A stretch of DNA of 64,000 bases from NCBI GenBank assembly GCA_965201075.1, contig CBDAVP010000004.1, positions 1-64,000 of the forward strand. Direction: 5' to 3'. Origin of the DNA: Isosphaeraceae bacterium (GTDB lineage: Bacteria > Planctomycetota > Planctomycetia > Isosphaerales > Isosphaeraceae). Each line of letters opens with the position of its first letter. Positions within the stretch are counted from its first letter, which is position 1. The notes beneath the pieces are model-generated. The model saw only the letters and a list, made by a program, of their open reading frames with translations, made no database searches and was not told where the DNA came from. This document shows, piece after piece, positions 28,572 through 39,497 of the stretch. The position numbers and the translations under genes are program-made.

Positions 28572-30419
28572 TCAATATTTGCGGATTTCCAAAGGATATT
28601 TCGGCACACGCTGTCCCTCACGCTCGACGGTGACGACGTCGACCGGCTTGTAGTCGAGCCGGACGCCCTCCTCGGCCTGGTATGCCAAGGTGTGCTGGAA
28701 AAATCGATCGTCGTCGCGGTCGGGGAAGTCTTCTCGGGAGTGGCCGCCTCGGCTTTCCTGGCGGGCCAGAGCGCTGGCGACAGTGGCCTCGGCCACGTCG
28801 AGCAGGCAGCCCAACTCCAGGACTTCCAGCAGCCCCGTGTTGAAGACCGACCCCTTGTCCTGGACGCCGATGCGAGAGTAGCGGTCTTTCAGGTCGGCGA
28901 GGGTGGCCGTGGCCCTTTCCAGGGTTTCGGCGGTCCGGTAGACGCCGCAGTCGTCCATCATGGTCGTCTGCATCTGGTCGCGGAGCTTGACCCAGGGCTC
29001 GGTCCGGGGACGGGCGAGGAGGTCGTCAATGGCTTTGCGAGTGGGGGCCTCGGGGTCGGCCGGCAGGTGTGCGAAGGATTGACGGTCCTGGGCGGCCTGG
29101 GCCATCGCTCGGCCGGCTCGGCGGCCGAAGACGACGAGGTCGACCAGGCTGTTGGTCCCCAGACGGTTGGCTCCGTGGACGCTGACGCAAGCGGATTCTC
29201 CCGCCGCGTAGAGGCCCGGGACGAGAGTCCCGGACGCATCGCGGATGACCTGGCCGTGGACGTCGGTGGGAATTCCGCCCATGCCGTAGTGGGCCGTCGG
29301 TTGAATCGGCATCGGCTCGCGGACCGGGTCGACGCCGAGATAGGTGCGGGCGAATTCGATGATGTCGGGAAGGCGGTGCTCGACCCAGGCGCTGTCGACA
29401 GGCTGGCCGGTGGGGCTGGTGCCGTACTTGTTGATCGTCTCGGCGCGGATGTCAAGGTGGACGTAATCCTTGCCGTTGACGCCACGGCCCGCCCGCACTT
29501 CCTGGTAGATCGACCGCGAGCAGACGTCCCGGCTGGCCAGATCCTTGAGGTTGGGGGCGTACTTCTCCATGAATCGTTCGCCCACCCCGTTAAACATGAC
29601 GCCGCCGTCGCCCCGGCAGGCCTCGCTGAGCAGGATGCCCAGTCGGTAGATGCCTGTCGGATGGAATTGGTAGAACTCCAGATCCTCCAGGGGCAGGCCG
29701 TGTCGATAAGCCAGCGCCGGGCCGTCGCCGGTGAGGGCGTAGGCGTTGGAGGAAACCTTGAACATCCGGCCAAAACCGCCGGTCGCCAGCAGGACGCTTT
29801 TGGAGTGGAAGGTGTGCAACTGGCCGGTGGCGAGCTCGATGGCGACGATGCCCCGGCACTCGCCGTCGACCATGACGAGGTCCAGCATGTGGAACTCGTC
29901 GAAGAAGGTCACGCCTTGCTTGATGTTCTGCTGGTAGAGCGTCTGCAAGATCATGTGGCCGGTGCGGTCGGCCGCGTGGCAAGAGCGCATCACTGGCACC
30001 CGGGGCCGGGCGTTGGGCGTGCCCATGGCGGCGGAGGGGTCGAAGTCGGGGTTGGGCTTGGTGTGGCCGCCGAATCGCCTTTGGGAGATTCGCCCCTGCG
30101 CCGTGCGGTCAAACGGCAGGCCCATGTGCTCCAGTTCGTAGATGCACTCGACCGCCTCTCGGCAGAGGATCTCGGCGGCGGTCTGGTCAACGAGAAAGTC
30201 GCCCCCCTTGATCGTGTCGTAGGCGTGGTTTTCCCAGGAGTCCTCTTCCAGGTTCGCCAGGGCCGCGGCGATTCCCCCCTGGGCGGCCCCGGTGTGCGAG
30301 CGTGTTGGGTAGAGCTTGCTGACGACCGCCGTGCCGACCGAGCGGCTCGACTCCAGAGCGGCCATCAATCCCGCGCCGCCGGCTCCAACGATGAGACTGT
30401 CGAACTTGTGGTAATTCAT
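28572..30419 (-). CDS. sdhA: Succinate dehydrogenase flavoprotein subunit
   Basis: [45 protein letters not shown]. Confidence 0.97.
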   Translation of the reverse strand: MNYHKFDSLIVGAGGAGLMAALESSRSVGTAVVSKLYPTRSHTGAAQGGIAAALANLEEDSWENHAYDTIKGGDFLVDQTAAEILCREAVECIYELEHMGLPFDRTAQGRISQRRFGGHTKPNPDFDPSAAMGTPNARPRVPVMRSCHAADRTGHMILQTLYQQNIKQGVTFFDEFHMLDLVMVDGECRGIVAIELATGQLHTFHSKSVLLATGGFGRMFKVSSNAYALTGDGPALAYRHGLPLEDLEFYQFHPTGIYRLGILLSEACRGDGGVMFNGVGERFMEKYAPNLKDLASRDVCSRSIYQEVRAGRGVNGKDYVHLDIRAETINKYGTSPTGQPVDSAWVEHRLPDIIEFARTYLGVDPVREPMPIQPTAHYGMGGIPTDVHGQVIRDASGTLVPGLYAAGESACVSVHGANRLGTNSLVDLVVFGRRAGRAMAQAAQDRQSFAHLPADPEAPTRKAIDDLLARPRTEPWVKLRDQMQTTMMDDCGVYRTAETLERATATLADLKDRYSRIGVQDKGSVFNTGLLEVLELGCLLDVAEATVASALARQESRGGHSREDFPDRDDDRFFQHTLAYQAEEGVRLDYKPVDVVTVEREGQRVPKYPLEIRKY

Positions 30420-30931
30420 GGAGCCTCTCGGCGGACGGGTCGGCCCGCCACCTGGACGTTCTGGCCAACGCTGCCCGGGGCCCGGGCGACCGCCTGGTCG
30501 TTGGTTTCGCTGACCCGGGGATGCTGGCGAATGTACGCCTCGTCCCTCTGGAACATCAGGATCGCGTAACTGCCGATGGCGATCAGGACGGTCGTGGCAA
30601 CCCAGATCAACGTGTGGACGGCGACTCGTCGGCCCGGACGGGTGACGTATTCGTCGAGGATCTGGCGAAGGCCGTTGAAGCCGTGGAAGACCGCCAGGTT
30701 GATCAACGCCAGGTCATACAAACGCCAGAGGTAGCCGGTCCGGGGAGCGGCCCAGCGATCAGCGACGAAAGCGTAGTTGATCGTCTCGACGTTGTAGACA
30801 ATGTGGACGATGAACAGGTGGCCCAGGGAGAGAAACACCAGGACCAGGCCCGAGATCCTCATGAAGTACCAGGCCCAGAGCTCGAAGCCTCCGGCCGGCT
30901 TGATCTTACGCCCCGCGTAGTTCCGCGCCAC
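30416..30931 (-). CDS. sdhD: Succinate dehydrogenase membrane anchor subunit
   Basis: [19 protein letters not shown]; three TM helices; overlaps the sdhA start. Confidence 0.85.
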   Translation of the reverse strand: MARNYAGRKIKPAGGFELWAWYFMRISGLVLVFLSLGHLFIVHIVYNVETINYAFVADRWAAPRTGYLWRLYDLALINLAVFHGFNGLRQILDEYVTRPGRRVAVHTLIWVATTVLIAIGSYAILMFQRDEAYIRQHPRVSETNDQAVARAPGSVGQNVQVAGRPVRREAP

Positions 30932-30985
30932 CGTTGCCGTCCCCCCTGCCCTTTGGTCGTCGACGATCCCCGGTCCGACCCAAAC

Positions 30986-31510
30986 TCAGCGTTGGCCCGC
31001 CTCGACGACCCGGTTCGTCGGCGACGCCTCGATTTGCTCGGGGCGGGCAATCGGCGGCTTGGCTAGGGGCAACACAACCCATACCGTCACCGGAATCATG
31101 ATCGCCAAGAACACCAACACCACCGCCCGGTAAAGGGTCTTGGGATGGAGCGCCGCTCCGGGCCAAAGATCGAAGAGGACGATGCGCACCCCATTGACCG
31201 CGTGGAACAGGACGCTGGCGATCAGGCCGAGTTCGCCGAGTCGGAATGCCCATCGCAGGGGCCAGTAATAGATCCCGCCGACTTCACCGGCGTACATCGC
31301 CAGGGCGTGGTCGTACCAGGAGGGGTTGACTACCACGAAGAAGGTGTCGGTGATATGGGCAACCAGATAAACCAGGATGCCCAGGCCGCTGATGCGGTGG
31401 AGGAGCCAGGACCACTGGCCGATTCCCCCCCCGTAGCGGAGCCCCTCGGCCATTCGAGTCCCGAGGCCGGGCTGGTAGGTTTGGGGGGTTCGGACCGTCG
31501 ATTGTGCCAT
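30986..31510 (-). CDS. sdhC: Succinate dehydrogenase cytochrome b subunit
   Basis: WLLHRISG..AHI..FHAVNGVRI. Confidence 0.88.
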   Translation of the reverse strand: MAQSTVRTPQTYQPGLGTRMAEGLRYGGGIGQWSWLLHRISGLGILVYLVAHITDTFFVVVNPSWYDHALAMYAGEVGGIYYWPLRWAFRLGELGLIASVLFHAVNGVRIVLFDLWPGAALHPKTLYRAVVLVFLAIMIPVTVWVVLPLAKPPIARPEQIEASPTNRVVEAGQR

Positions 31511-31661
31511 CAGCGTCCCAAAACCTTGACGGGCAACGATCGGACCGCTCACCGGTTCGCCGGCCGCGTCACGAACACGCCAGATGTTTTGTAGAGCCAG
31601 GGCTCTGGGGAATCAAGAGGGTGGCCGACGCCCGTGCCGGTGTCCCCGGGGCTCGAGCCCT

Positions 31662-32003
31662 TCAGCGGGCCAGTTCAAGCTGAGTCGCGTGGAAGAGGCC
31701 CGCGACCGTCGTTCGACCCATCGCGGCCACGGGGCTGCCGTGACAGAGGTTGGACCTCAGATCCTCCAGCCAACCCTTGTCGGGAACCAAGGACGCCTCG
31801 GCCTCGACGATCATCAGGTCGGACGGCCGCCCCCGGGGCGCGACCTGCAACACCAGTCGCGCGCCTTCCCGAGCTGACTCAACCCAGGAATCGACGATCG
31901 CCCCGGTCAGCAAGGTTTCCGAGTCCATCCAAGGCGCCTCGCGAGAAAGGAGGTCGAGGATGGCGGCATTGTCCATCCAAGATCGAGGACAGGCTGCATC
32001 CAT
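31662..32003 (-). CDS. Hypothetical protein
   Basis: ORF with protein-like composition only. Confidence 0.35.
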   Translation of the reverse strand: MDAACPRSWMDNAAILDLLSREAPWMDSETLLTGAIVDSWVESAREGARLVLQVAPRGRPSDLMIVEAEASLVPDKGWLEDLRSNLCHGSPVAAMGRTTVAGLFHATQLELAR

Positions 32004-32106
32004 CGTATCGGAGGGTCAATCCTGAACAAATCGCCACAAAAGCAGCGAAGTTCCAAAAAAAGCTTTTTTTGTCCGAAAATGACGTGAAGACTGGCCTGGG
32101 AAGAAA

Positions 32107-32558
32107 GTGGGTTCGTGGCGGGCCGATAAGCCGGATTCTGTACGAGATCTCGCGACCCCGGATGACCATTTTTCTGGGACGCCGGTTACCCGGTGCCTCA
32201 AGCGACCTACCCGGAAGTCGGTAACGGGCCGGGCCGACCCGCGTTCCGAACGCCTTGCGACGGCCGGAGACTGCTCCCTTATTTGGTCTTGCTCCCGATG
32301 GGGTTTACCGAGCCAGGGCGGTCACCCGCCCTGCTGGTGAGCTCTTACCTCACCGTTTCACCCTTACCTCCCCGGTCGCGAACGACCGGAGAGGCGGTTT
32401 ATTTTCTGTGGCACTATCCCTACCCGATCGCTCGGGCGGTGGGAGTTACCCACCATCGCGCCCTTTGGAGTCCGGACTTTCCTCCGCGGCACGACCAGTC
32501 TCCCCAAGTCGCCGAGGGGGCTGCTCCGCGGCGATCATCCCTCCCGCCATGAACCCAC
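32107..32558 (-). ncRNA. rnpB: RNase P RNA (type A)
   Basis: Minus strand has GAGGAAAGTCCGGACTCC near the 5' end and ACAGAATCCGGCTTAT near the 3' end; P1 arms 32107..32122 / 32543..32558. Confidence 0.97.
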
Positions 32559-32789
32559 CCCTAATGTATCCTGTTCACAACCTATCACCAGAGAAAATCC
32601 AGAAACTTCGCCAAATAATGACGTCGGTGGGAAATTTCTCGCACCTTGACTCCTCACCATCCATGGCGGCAATGACTCCCACTCACTCGATCCGTCACAA
32701 CTTGGAGATTTTTGTCGTCACAAGTTACCCAAAACTCCTAAGTATCACATAATACCAGCAGAGGTTTTGTCCGTCAGGAGCCTACACCC

Positions 32790-33266
32790 ATGTACGTCCG
32801 CGACTATCTCCAGAGCCGAGGGATCCCGTTCAAGCGATTGATTCACGCGCCTGCACCGTCGGCGACGCGGGTGGCTCAGTCGTTGCATGTCCCTGGTCGC
32901 CGGGTTGCCAAAGGGGTTTTGGTTCGGGCTGGGGACGGATATGTGCTGACGGTCTTGCCAGCGACGCATCGGATTGACCTGGCGAAGCTCAGCGAGGTGC
33001 TGGGAGTCGCGGGGGTTGCCGTGGCTTCCGAAGAGGAAGTGGGGACCGTCTTCCGCGATTGCGAACGGGGGGCGCTTCCTCCGTTCGGGCGGCTCTATGG
33101 GTTGCGGACGGTGGTGGACGCGAGCCTGTCGGGGGTGGCTGACCTCGTGTTTGAGGGGAACACCCGTCACGAAGGCTGGGGGCTCCGCTATCGAGATTAC
33201 ATCACCCTGGAAGAACCGCAGCGAGCCAGGTTCGCTTCGCCCGTCGCGCCGTCGCGGCCTCGCTGA
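32790..33266 (+). CDS. YbaK/aminoacyl-tRNA deacylase family protein
   Basis: VAKGVLV, VLPATHRIDL, FRDCERGALPPFG. Confidence 0.85.
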   Translation: MYVRDYLQSRGIPFKRLIHAPAPSATRVAQSLHVPGRRVAKGVLVRAGDGYVLTVLPATHRIDLAKLSEVLGVAGVAVASEEEVGTVFRDCERGALPPFGRLYGLRTVVDASLSGVADLVFEGNTRHEGWGLRYRDYITLEEPQRARFASPVAPSRPR

Positions 33267-33314
33267 TGGGTCCATTTCCACTCGGGATGAGAGTCGAACC
33301 AGTCGTGAGGGCCG

Positions 33315-36300
33315 TCAGTCCCCCCCCTCGGCGGCCTGGGGGGCGAAACCACTGCGGAACGTGTTTTCGGTGATGGTCCGTGCCAGAAGATAGTCCTTGA
33401 GGGTGTCGGGACCTCCCGCCTTGGTCCCGATTCCTGAGAGTTTGAATCCCCCAAAGGGCTGACGGTCGACCAGCGCGCCCGTGATCGGGCGGTTCAAATA
33501 GAGGTTGCCCACCCGGAATTCGCGCCTGGCGCGCTCCAAATGGGCCGGACTGCGCGAGTACAGACCGCCGGTCAAGGCGTAGTCGGTCCCGTTGGCAATC
33601 GAGAGCGCGTCTTCGAGGTTTCTGGCCTTGAGGACGGCGAGGATCGGTCCGAAGACTTCTTCCTGGGCGATCCGGGCGGTGGGCGCGACGTCGGCGACGA
33701 TGACCGGTCCGACGAAATTTCCGCGGTCCTGGAGAGGGCCCGGGTCGACTTCCAGGACGATTCGCCCTTCGCCTCGGGCCACCTCGATGTATTGGCGGAC
33801 GCGGTCGCGGGCCTCGGCATCGATCAGGGGGCCAATGACAGTGTCGGGGTCGTCGGCCGGCCCAACCGTCAACGCCTTGGCCGCCTCGACGAGGCGGGCG
33901 AGGAAGGCGTCGTGGATCCCCTCCATTACGACCACGCGGGAACAGGCCGAGCATTTCTGCCCCGCGTAACCGAATGCGCTTTGAAGGACGCCAACGACCG
34001 CTTCGTCAAGGTCGGCGTCATCGTCGATGATGATGGCGTTCTTGCCGCCCATTTCGGCGAGGACTCGCTTGACTTGCGACTGGCCGGTCTTGGGAGTCGC
34101 CGCCGCCTGGTTGATCCCCAAACCTACTGCTCTGGAGCCGGTGAAGGCGATCATGTCGACGTCGGGATGCTCGACGAGGGTCGGGCCGATCGCCTCGCCA
34201 ACGCCAGGCAGGAAGGTCAGGACGCCGGGCGGAAGGCCCGCTTCGCGGAAGGCGTCAACCAATCGCCAGGCGATCAAAGGGGACTGCTCGGCCGGCTTGA
34301 GGATCACCGAGTTCCCCGCCACCAGGGCCGCGGCTGTCATTCCGGCGGGGATCGCCAGTGGAAAATTCCAGGGGGGGATGACGACGACGACTCCCCGGGA
34401 GAGATACTCTTGCCGGTTCGTTTCCCCGGGGACGTCGCGATGACGGGGCTCAGCCAGGCGGATCATCTCCCGGGCGTAGAACTCGCAGAAGTCGATGGCT
34501 TCGGCGAGGTCGCCGTCGGCCTCTCTCCAGGGTTTGCCACACTCGAAGACCTCAATCGCGGCCAGGCGAAAGCGGTCGTTTCGGAAGACCTCGGCGACCT
34601 TGAGGAGCACCTCGGCCCGCTCTCGCGCCGGGGTCGCCGCCCAGCCGGGGAAGGCCGAGCGAGCGACCTCGACCGCGTTCATCGCGTTGGAGGGGCTCGC
34701 AAGATGAACCTTGGCCAATCGCATCTGATGGTCGCCGGGGCTTTGGTGAGGGACGCCCTCGCCGCCCTCGACCTCCTGGTCGGCAATCCTCGGGCGGATT
34801 TCCACCGGGAAGTCGTCCTGGACGTCGACCAGCGTCCGTGCCATCCGCTCGCGGTTGTCTGGCCGGGAGAAATCGGTCAGCGGCTCGTTGCGGAACGGCG
34901 GAAGCTCTCCGGCGGGGGCCTTCGGGGTCGTTGGCTTTCGTGATTTCAAGCCCAGCATGGTCCCGGCCTCCTCGGGGTCTTGCAGCAGTTCGGATTCGTC
35001 CACGTCCGCCGAGCCGCTCGCCTTGAGGAACGACTCGTTCGAGGAATTTTCCAGGAGTCGGCGAACCAGATACGCCATGCCTGGCAGCATCGCCCCGTAG
35101 GGGGTATAGACCCTCACCCGATGACCTCGGGCCACCAGGGCGCGGGCGACCGGTTCTCCCATGCCGTGCAGGACTTGCAGCTCGTAGGCATCAGCCGGGA
35201 TGGCGCGGGACTCGGCGAAGGCGATCGCCGCGGAGAGGCTTCGGACGTTGTGGCTGCCCAGCGCCGGGCGAAGCCACTCGCGGTTCTCGAGCAGGAAACG
35301 GGCGCAACGCTCGTAATTGGCGTCGGTCTCCCACTTCTGGAGGTAGACCGGGACCGGCCAGCCGAGTTGTTCGGCGTTCATGACCTCGTAATCCCAGTAG
35401 GCCCCCTTCACCAACCGAACCGAGACGGGGGCTCCTCGCCCCTTCGCCCAGTCTCGCAGGACCTCCAAGTCGCTCAGGGCCTCGGGGAGATACGCCTGGG
35501 CGACGATGCCGGCGTCGGTCCAGCCGCGGAACTCGGGCTCGCCGAGGACCTGCCGGAACAGGTTATAGGTAAGCGACTTGTGGGCGTACTGCTCCATGTC
35601 GACGTTGACAAACGCCCCGAGGTCTCGGGCGGTTCGGAGGATCGGGCGGAGGCGTTCGAGCACGCGGTCGGCGGTGGTCCGCGCGTGGAGGGCGTCGAAG
35701 CGTGGGGTGAGGCTGGTCAACTTCAGCGAAAGGTTGGCGCGAGGAATTGGCCCGTGGTTATCTCGGTCAATGCGGGGGTCCTCGGGCTCGGCGGCGAGGG
35801 CCGGGGCGAGGCTTCGGAGGAGGTCCAGGCAGGTGGCCTGGTAGGCGTTGGCCTCGGGGTCGGTGATGATCGCCTCGCCCAGCAGGTCGGCGGTGAAGGC
35901 CAGGTGTTGTCGCCTCAACCGCTTAACGGTGGCCAGCGCCTGGGCGGGCGTCTCCCCGGCGATGAAGCGGTGGGCCATCCGCGAAGCGCCGGCGCGGGCC
36001 GCCGCGGCGAGGGCCCGAGTGCCGAGGGTTCCGGGCGGGGCCAGGCCCATCGGCAGTCGGAGGGCGGCGGGGACATTCTCGCCAGCCGCTCCCAGGTACT
36101 CTTCCAGGTGACGGCGGACCGAAGCGGCCTCGGTCAGGCCCGGAAGCGCGTCGATGAAGCGAAAAAGCTGCACCTTGACGCGAGGGTTGGCCACGGTCAG
36201 GTCCATCAACCGCTGGTCCCACCAGCCGGCGAGCCAGGGACCCGCCGGACCCCGGCCGATCGACCGCAGCAGGGCCTGGCCAATCCACCGGACCCGACCG

Positions 36301-36365
36301 TCGTGATCGTCCGGTTGCGGCCCAGACGCCCGGGGTTTTGCCGAAGCGGATGCCGTAGCGCTCAT
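33315..36365 (-). CDS. putA: Bifunctional proline dehydrogenase / P5C dehydrogenase
   Basis: VDMEQY, RLVKGAYWD, YLVRRLLEN, PWNFP, EMGGKN, GQKCSA, EEVFGP. Confidence 0.95.
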   Translation of the reverse strand: MSATASASAKPRASGPQPDDHDGRVRWIGQALLRSIGRGPAGPWLAGWWDQRLMDLTVANPRVKVQLFRFIDALPGLTEAASVRRHLEEYLGAAGENVPAALRLPMGLAPPGTLGTRALAAAARAGASRMAHRFIAGETPAQALATVKRLRRQHLAFTADLLGEAIITDPEANAYQATCLDLLRSLAPALAAEPEDPRIDRDNHGPIPRANLSLKLTSLTPRFDALHARTTADRVLERLRPILRTARDLGAFVNVDMEQYAHKSLTYNLFRQVLGEPEFRGWTDAGIVAQAYLPEALSDLEVLRDWAKGRGAPVSVRLVKGAYWDYEVMNAEQLGWPVPVYLQKWETDANYERCARFLLENREWLRPALGSHNVRSLSAAIAFAESRAIPADAYELQVLHGMGEPVARALVARGHRVRVYTPYGAMLPGMAYLVRRLLENSSNESFLKASGSADVDESELLQDPEEAGTMLGLKSRKPTTPKAPAGELPPFRNEPLTDFSRPDNRERMARTLVDVQDDFPVEIRPRIADQEVEGGEGVPHQSPGDHQMRLAKVHLASPSNAMNAVEVARSAFPGWAATPARERAEVLLKVAEVFRNDRFRLAAIEVFECGKPWREADGDLAEAIDFCEFYAREMIRLAEPRHRDVPGETNRQEYLSRGVVVVIPPWNFPLAIPAGMTAAALVAGNSVILKPAEQSPLIAWRLVDAFREAGLPPGVLTFLPGVGEAIGPTLVEHPDVDMIAFTGSRAVGLGINQAAATPKTGQSQVKRVLAEMGGKNAIIIDDDADLDEAVVGVLQSAFGYAGQKCSACSRVVVMEGIHDAFLARLVEAAKALTVGPADDPDTVIGPLIDAEARDRVRQYIEVARGEGRIVLEVDPGPLQDRGNFVGPVIVADVAPTARIAQEEVFGPILAVLKARNLEDALSIANGTDYALTGGLYSRSPAHLERARREFRVGNLYLNRPITGALVDRQPFGGFKLSGIGTKAGGPDTLKDYLLARTITENTFRSGFAPQAAEGGD

Positions 36366-36498
36366 CGACGGGTCTCCTCCGTTTCGCGGCGTCCCCTCTT
36401 CCTTCTATTGTACGCTCGTTCGCCCACCTTCGGCCCGAAGCCCGCCCGATCGGCCGACCAGCGCCCTCATCTCCGCGCAACCACTTGCGACGCGCCGC

Positions 36499-36527
36499 TT
36501 GACGTGACAACCGCCCGCGGCTAGAGT
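36499..36527 (+). promoter_or_regulatory. Sigma70-like promoter upstream of the SAM riboswitch
   Basis: TTGACG-17 nt-TAGAGT. Confidence 0.6.
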
Positions 36528-36550
36528 TTGGTCATAACAATTCGGCGCGC

Positions 36551-36689
36551 ATCTTATCCAGAGTGGCTGAGGGACGGGCCCTGTGACGCCACAGCAACCG
36601 GTCCACCGACTTGGTGGACGCTGGTGCTAACTCCTGCCCAGGCCGGCTTTTGGGTTTTTCCCGAGCCGGGTCGTTGGGACAGATAAGAT
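36551..36689 (+). promoter_or_regulatory. SAM-I (S-box) riboswitch
   Basis: P1 ATCTTATC/GATAAGAT, ATCCAGAG, GAGGGACGGGCCC, GCAACC, GGTGCTAACTCC. Confidence 0.93.
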
Positions 36690-36891
36690 GGCCCTCGGCG
36701 GATCGCCTTCGTGGCGCTGTCCGTCGGAGGCCCTACCCCCTTCTCTGCCCCTCCGCATCCTCGTCGGGATCGCCCTCCCCTCGATTCCCTTTCTGGTTGA
36801 GACCATCGCGCCGACCGGACCATGAGCGTTCCAACGACCACCGCGAGGTGAGTCATGGATAGCTCCGCCCGCCAGTCGGAGGTTTCTCGCG

Positions 36892-38175
36892 ATGAATCAC
36901 GGCCACGCCACCGCCCTGAAGTGTCGGACCTGCGGCAAACTCTACCCCAAGGAAGCCCTCAACTTCTGCACCGAGGACTTCGGGCCGCTGGAAGTCGTTT
37001 ACGACTACGCCGCGGTGGCCCAAACCTTGACTCGCGAGGCGATCACCGCCCGGCCACGCAACATGTGGCGCTACGCCGAGTTACTGCCGCTCGACGCCGA
37101 GCCAACCGTGGGCCGTCACGTGGGTTGCACGCCTTTGATCAAGGCCGACCGTCTGGCCCGAATTCTGGGCGTTGACGAGCTTTACATCAAAAACGACGCG
37201 GTGAACCACCCGAGCCTGTCGTTCAAGGACCGGGTCGTCGCCGTCGCGCTCTCGAAGGCCGTCGAACTGGGCCTGACAACCGTGGGGTGTGCCTCGACGG
37301 GGAACCTGGCCGGCAGCGTCGCGGCTAACGCCGCCGCGGCCGGGCTCAAGGCGTATGTCCTGATCCCCGACGACCTGGAGCAGGGGAAAGTCCTGGGTGC
37401 GACGGTTTACGGCGCGAAGGTCGTCGCGATTCGCGGCAATTACGACCACGTCAACCGTCTCTGTTCGCAGATCGCCTTCCGCTACGGCTGGGGGTTCGTG
37501 AACGTCAACCTGCGGCCCTTCTACGGCGAAGGCTCAAAGTCGATGGGGTTCGAGATCGCCGAGGATCTCGGCTGGCGAACCCCCGACCACGTCGTCACGC
37601 CGATGGCCGGCGGCAGCCTGATCGGCAAGATCCACAAGGCCTTCCAGGAGTTCGAGCAGCTAGGAATCGTCGGCCCGGTCACGACGAAGATGTTCGGCGC
37701 CCAGGCCAGCGGTTGCAACCCGATCACCAACACGGTCAAGACCGAGGCGTTCAAGGTCAAGCCCGTACGCGACCCTCGGACGATCGCCAAAAGTCTGGCC
37801 ATCGGCGACCCGGCCGACGGCTTCTACGCCTCGAAACTGATGAGGGAGTCCGGCGGCTGGGGCGAGGATGTTTGCGACGACGAGATCGTCGAGGGGATGC
37901 GCCTGCTGGCCGAGACCGAGGGGGTCTTCGCCGAGACCGCCGGGGGCGTCACCGTGGCGGTGGCCCGGAAGCTCATCGAGCAGGGCAAGATCCGCAGGGA
38001 CGGCTCGACGGTTCTCTGTATCACGGGCAACGGATTGAAGACCCAGGAAGCCTTGATGGATCGGATTGCCCGGCCAGTGATCATCCGGCCCACGCTGGCG
38101 GAATTCGAGGCGCTGGTTGACGCCGAGGCCGAATCCCCCGCCGCCACCATCGAACTGGCGACGGTCGGCGCCTGA
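36892..38175 (+). CDS. Threonine synthase-like PLP enzyme (possibly O-phosphohomoserine sulfhydrylase)
   Basis: N-terminal CxxC..C, SLSFKDR, CASTGN, EGSKS, CITGNGLKT; SAM-riboswitch control. Confidence 0.9.
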   Translation: MNHGHATALKCRTCGKLYPKEALNFCTEDFGPLEVVYDYAAVAQTLTREAITARPRNMWRYAELLPLDAEPTVGRHVGCTPLIKADRLARILGVDELYIKNDAVNHPSLSFKDRVVAVALSKAVELGLTTVGCASTGNLAGSVAANAAAAGLKAYVLIPDDLEQGKVLGATVYGAKVVAIRGNYDHVNRLCSQIAFRYGWGFVNVNLRPFYGEGSKSMGFEIAEDLGWRTPDHVVTPMAGGSLIGKIHKAFQEFEQLGIVGPVTTKMFGAQASGCNPITNTVKTEAFKVKPVRDPRTIAKSLAIGDPADGFYASKLMRESGGWGEDVCDDEIVEGMRLLAETEGVFAETAGGVTVAVARKLIEQGKIRRDGSTVLCITGNGLKTQEALMDRIARPVIIRPTLAEFEALVDAEAESPAATIELATVGA

Positions 38176-38288
38176 GGTTTGCAGCCGTTCCGACTGTACT
38201 GAAGGCTGGTCGAAGCCCGAAACCGCCGGGTCCGACCCTGGAAAAAACCCATCGTCCCGCCGACCCGACATCGATTGAGGTTCCGAGC

Positions 38289-38561
38289 ATGGCCGTCGTG
38301 AGCATCCCCACCCCGCTGCGACCCCACACTGGCGGCCTCGGCCGCGTCGAGGCCGAAGGCGTCACCGTCGGCGACGTTTTGAAAGACGCCGGCGCCCGGT
38401 ATCCCGAACTGCACAAGCGCCTCTTCGCCGCCGACGGCGAGTTGCACCAGCACGTCAACGTCTACGTCAACGACGAGGACATCCGCTTCATGGACGACCT
38501 GTCCACCCCCGTCGCCGACAAGGACGAGGTCGCCATCATCCCGGCGATTGCGGGGGGCTGA
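38289..38561 (+). CDS. MoaD/ThiS ubiquitin-like sulfur carrier
   Basis: IPTPLR, VNVYVNDEDIR, C-terminal IPAIAGG. Confidence 0.93.
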   Translation: MAVVSIPTPLRPHTGGLGRVEAEGVTVGDVLKDAGARYPELHKRLFAADGELHQHVNVYVNDEDIRFMDDLSTPVADKDEVAIIPAIAGG

Positions 38562-38600
38562 ACCGCCTCGAAGATCGGAAAGTCAAAGCATCGGGCGGTT

Positions 38601-39497
38601 ATGATGATCTTGACGTTCCTGTTTTGGAACTTCAATCTGAGCAAAGGAGACACTCCCGCCGGCGTCTTCCCAAAACTCTCAGGTGAGAAGATCGTCTCCC
38701 GACTCGTCCATGCCCACGGCGTCGATGTGGTGGTACTGGCCGAATGCGAGCTTCGACACCCTGAGATTCTGAAGGAGCTACAGAGAGGGGATGAACGGTT
38801 TGAAACCCCGCGACTCCCGCACTCACGCTTTCAATTCTTTACCCGGTTCTCCTCGGATCAGTTTGAGGTAATGGAGCCAAAGGACCGTCGAATCTCGATC
38901 CATCGGTTGAGACTTCACGGTTTCCAAGACATTTTGGTCTCGGTGATCCATCATGTTGACTCTCGAAATCATTCTCCAGGCGCGCAATTGAACAAATTCC
39001 AGCTGCCTCGTCTCCATTTATTGCAAGCAGAACGAGAGGCTGGGCACTCGCGGACGATACTCTTTGGTGACTTTAACATGAATCCCTACCATCCCGCGAT
39101 GCTCAACCCAGAGCTTGGCCTGGGCGCCATGATGACGAGGGCACTTGCCGCTACTCATTCGCTCAGCGACACGCATGGGCGTTTTTATAATCCAATGTGG
39201 AAAATGATGGGACATTCCCACGTCCCCGGAACGTTTTATTGGAGAAACCCAGGCGAGCCATCCAATCCGTATTGGAACTGCTTCGACGGAGTTTTGATTC
39301 GTCCCTCCCTTCTTGATGCGTTCCACGATGAGGATCTGCAAATCCTTCGGGAACTGCCCAACCCCACTGGGGCGCCCATCGGATTGGTCCGCAAGACGGG
39401 ACGTCACTGGCGACTCAACTATTCCGATCATCTTCCACTTCTTTTCAAGATCCGACTCACTCCAGACCCGGATCTCCAGGAGGTTGGTGATGTCTGA
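38601..39497 (+). CDS. Endonuclease/exonuclease/phosphatase (EEP) family protein
   Basis: FLFWN, DVVVLAE, LFGDFNMNP, FDGVL, YSDHLP; lower GC. Confidence 0.85.
   Translation: MMILTFLFWNFNLSKGDTPAGVFPKLSGEKIVSRLVHAHGVDVVVLAECELRHPEILKELQRGDERFETPRLPHSRFQFFTRFSSDQFEVMEPKDRRISIHRLRLHGFQDILVSVIHHVDSRNHSPGAQLNKFQLPRLHLLQAEREAGHSRTILFGDFNMNPYHPAMLNPELGLGAMMTRALAATHSLSDTHGRFYNPMWKMMGHSHVPGTFYWRNPGEPSNPYWNCFDGVLIRPSLLDAFHDEDLQILRELPNPTGAPIGLVRKTGRHWRLNYSDHLPLLFKIRLTPDPDLQEVGDV

Noticed and set aside
32107..32752. ORFs overlapping 32107..32752
   Set aside because: They overlap the RNase P RNA gene and its promoter region
32560..32760. Repeated TCACAA motifs between rnpB and the YbaK-like gene as operator sites
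   Set aside because: Short and irregularly spaced; cannot be distinguished from chance in an AT-rich promoter region
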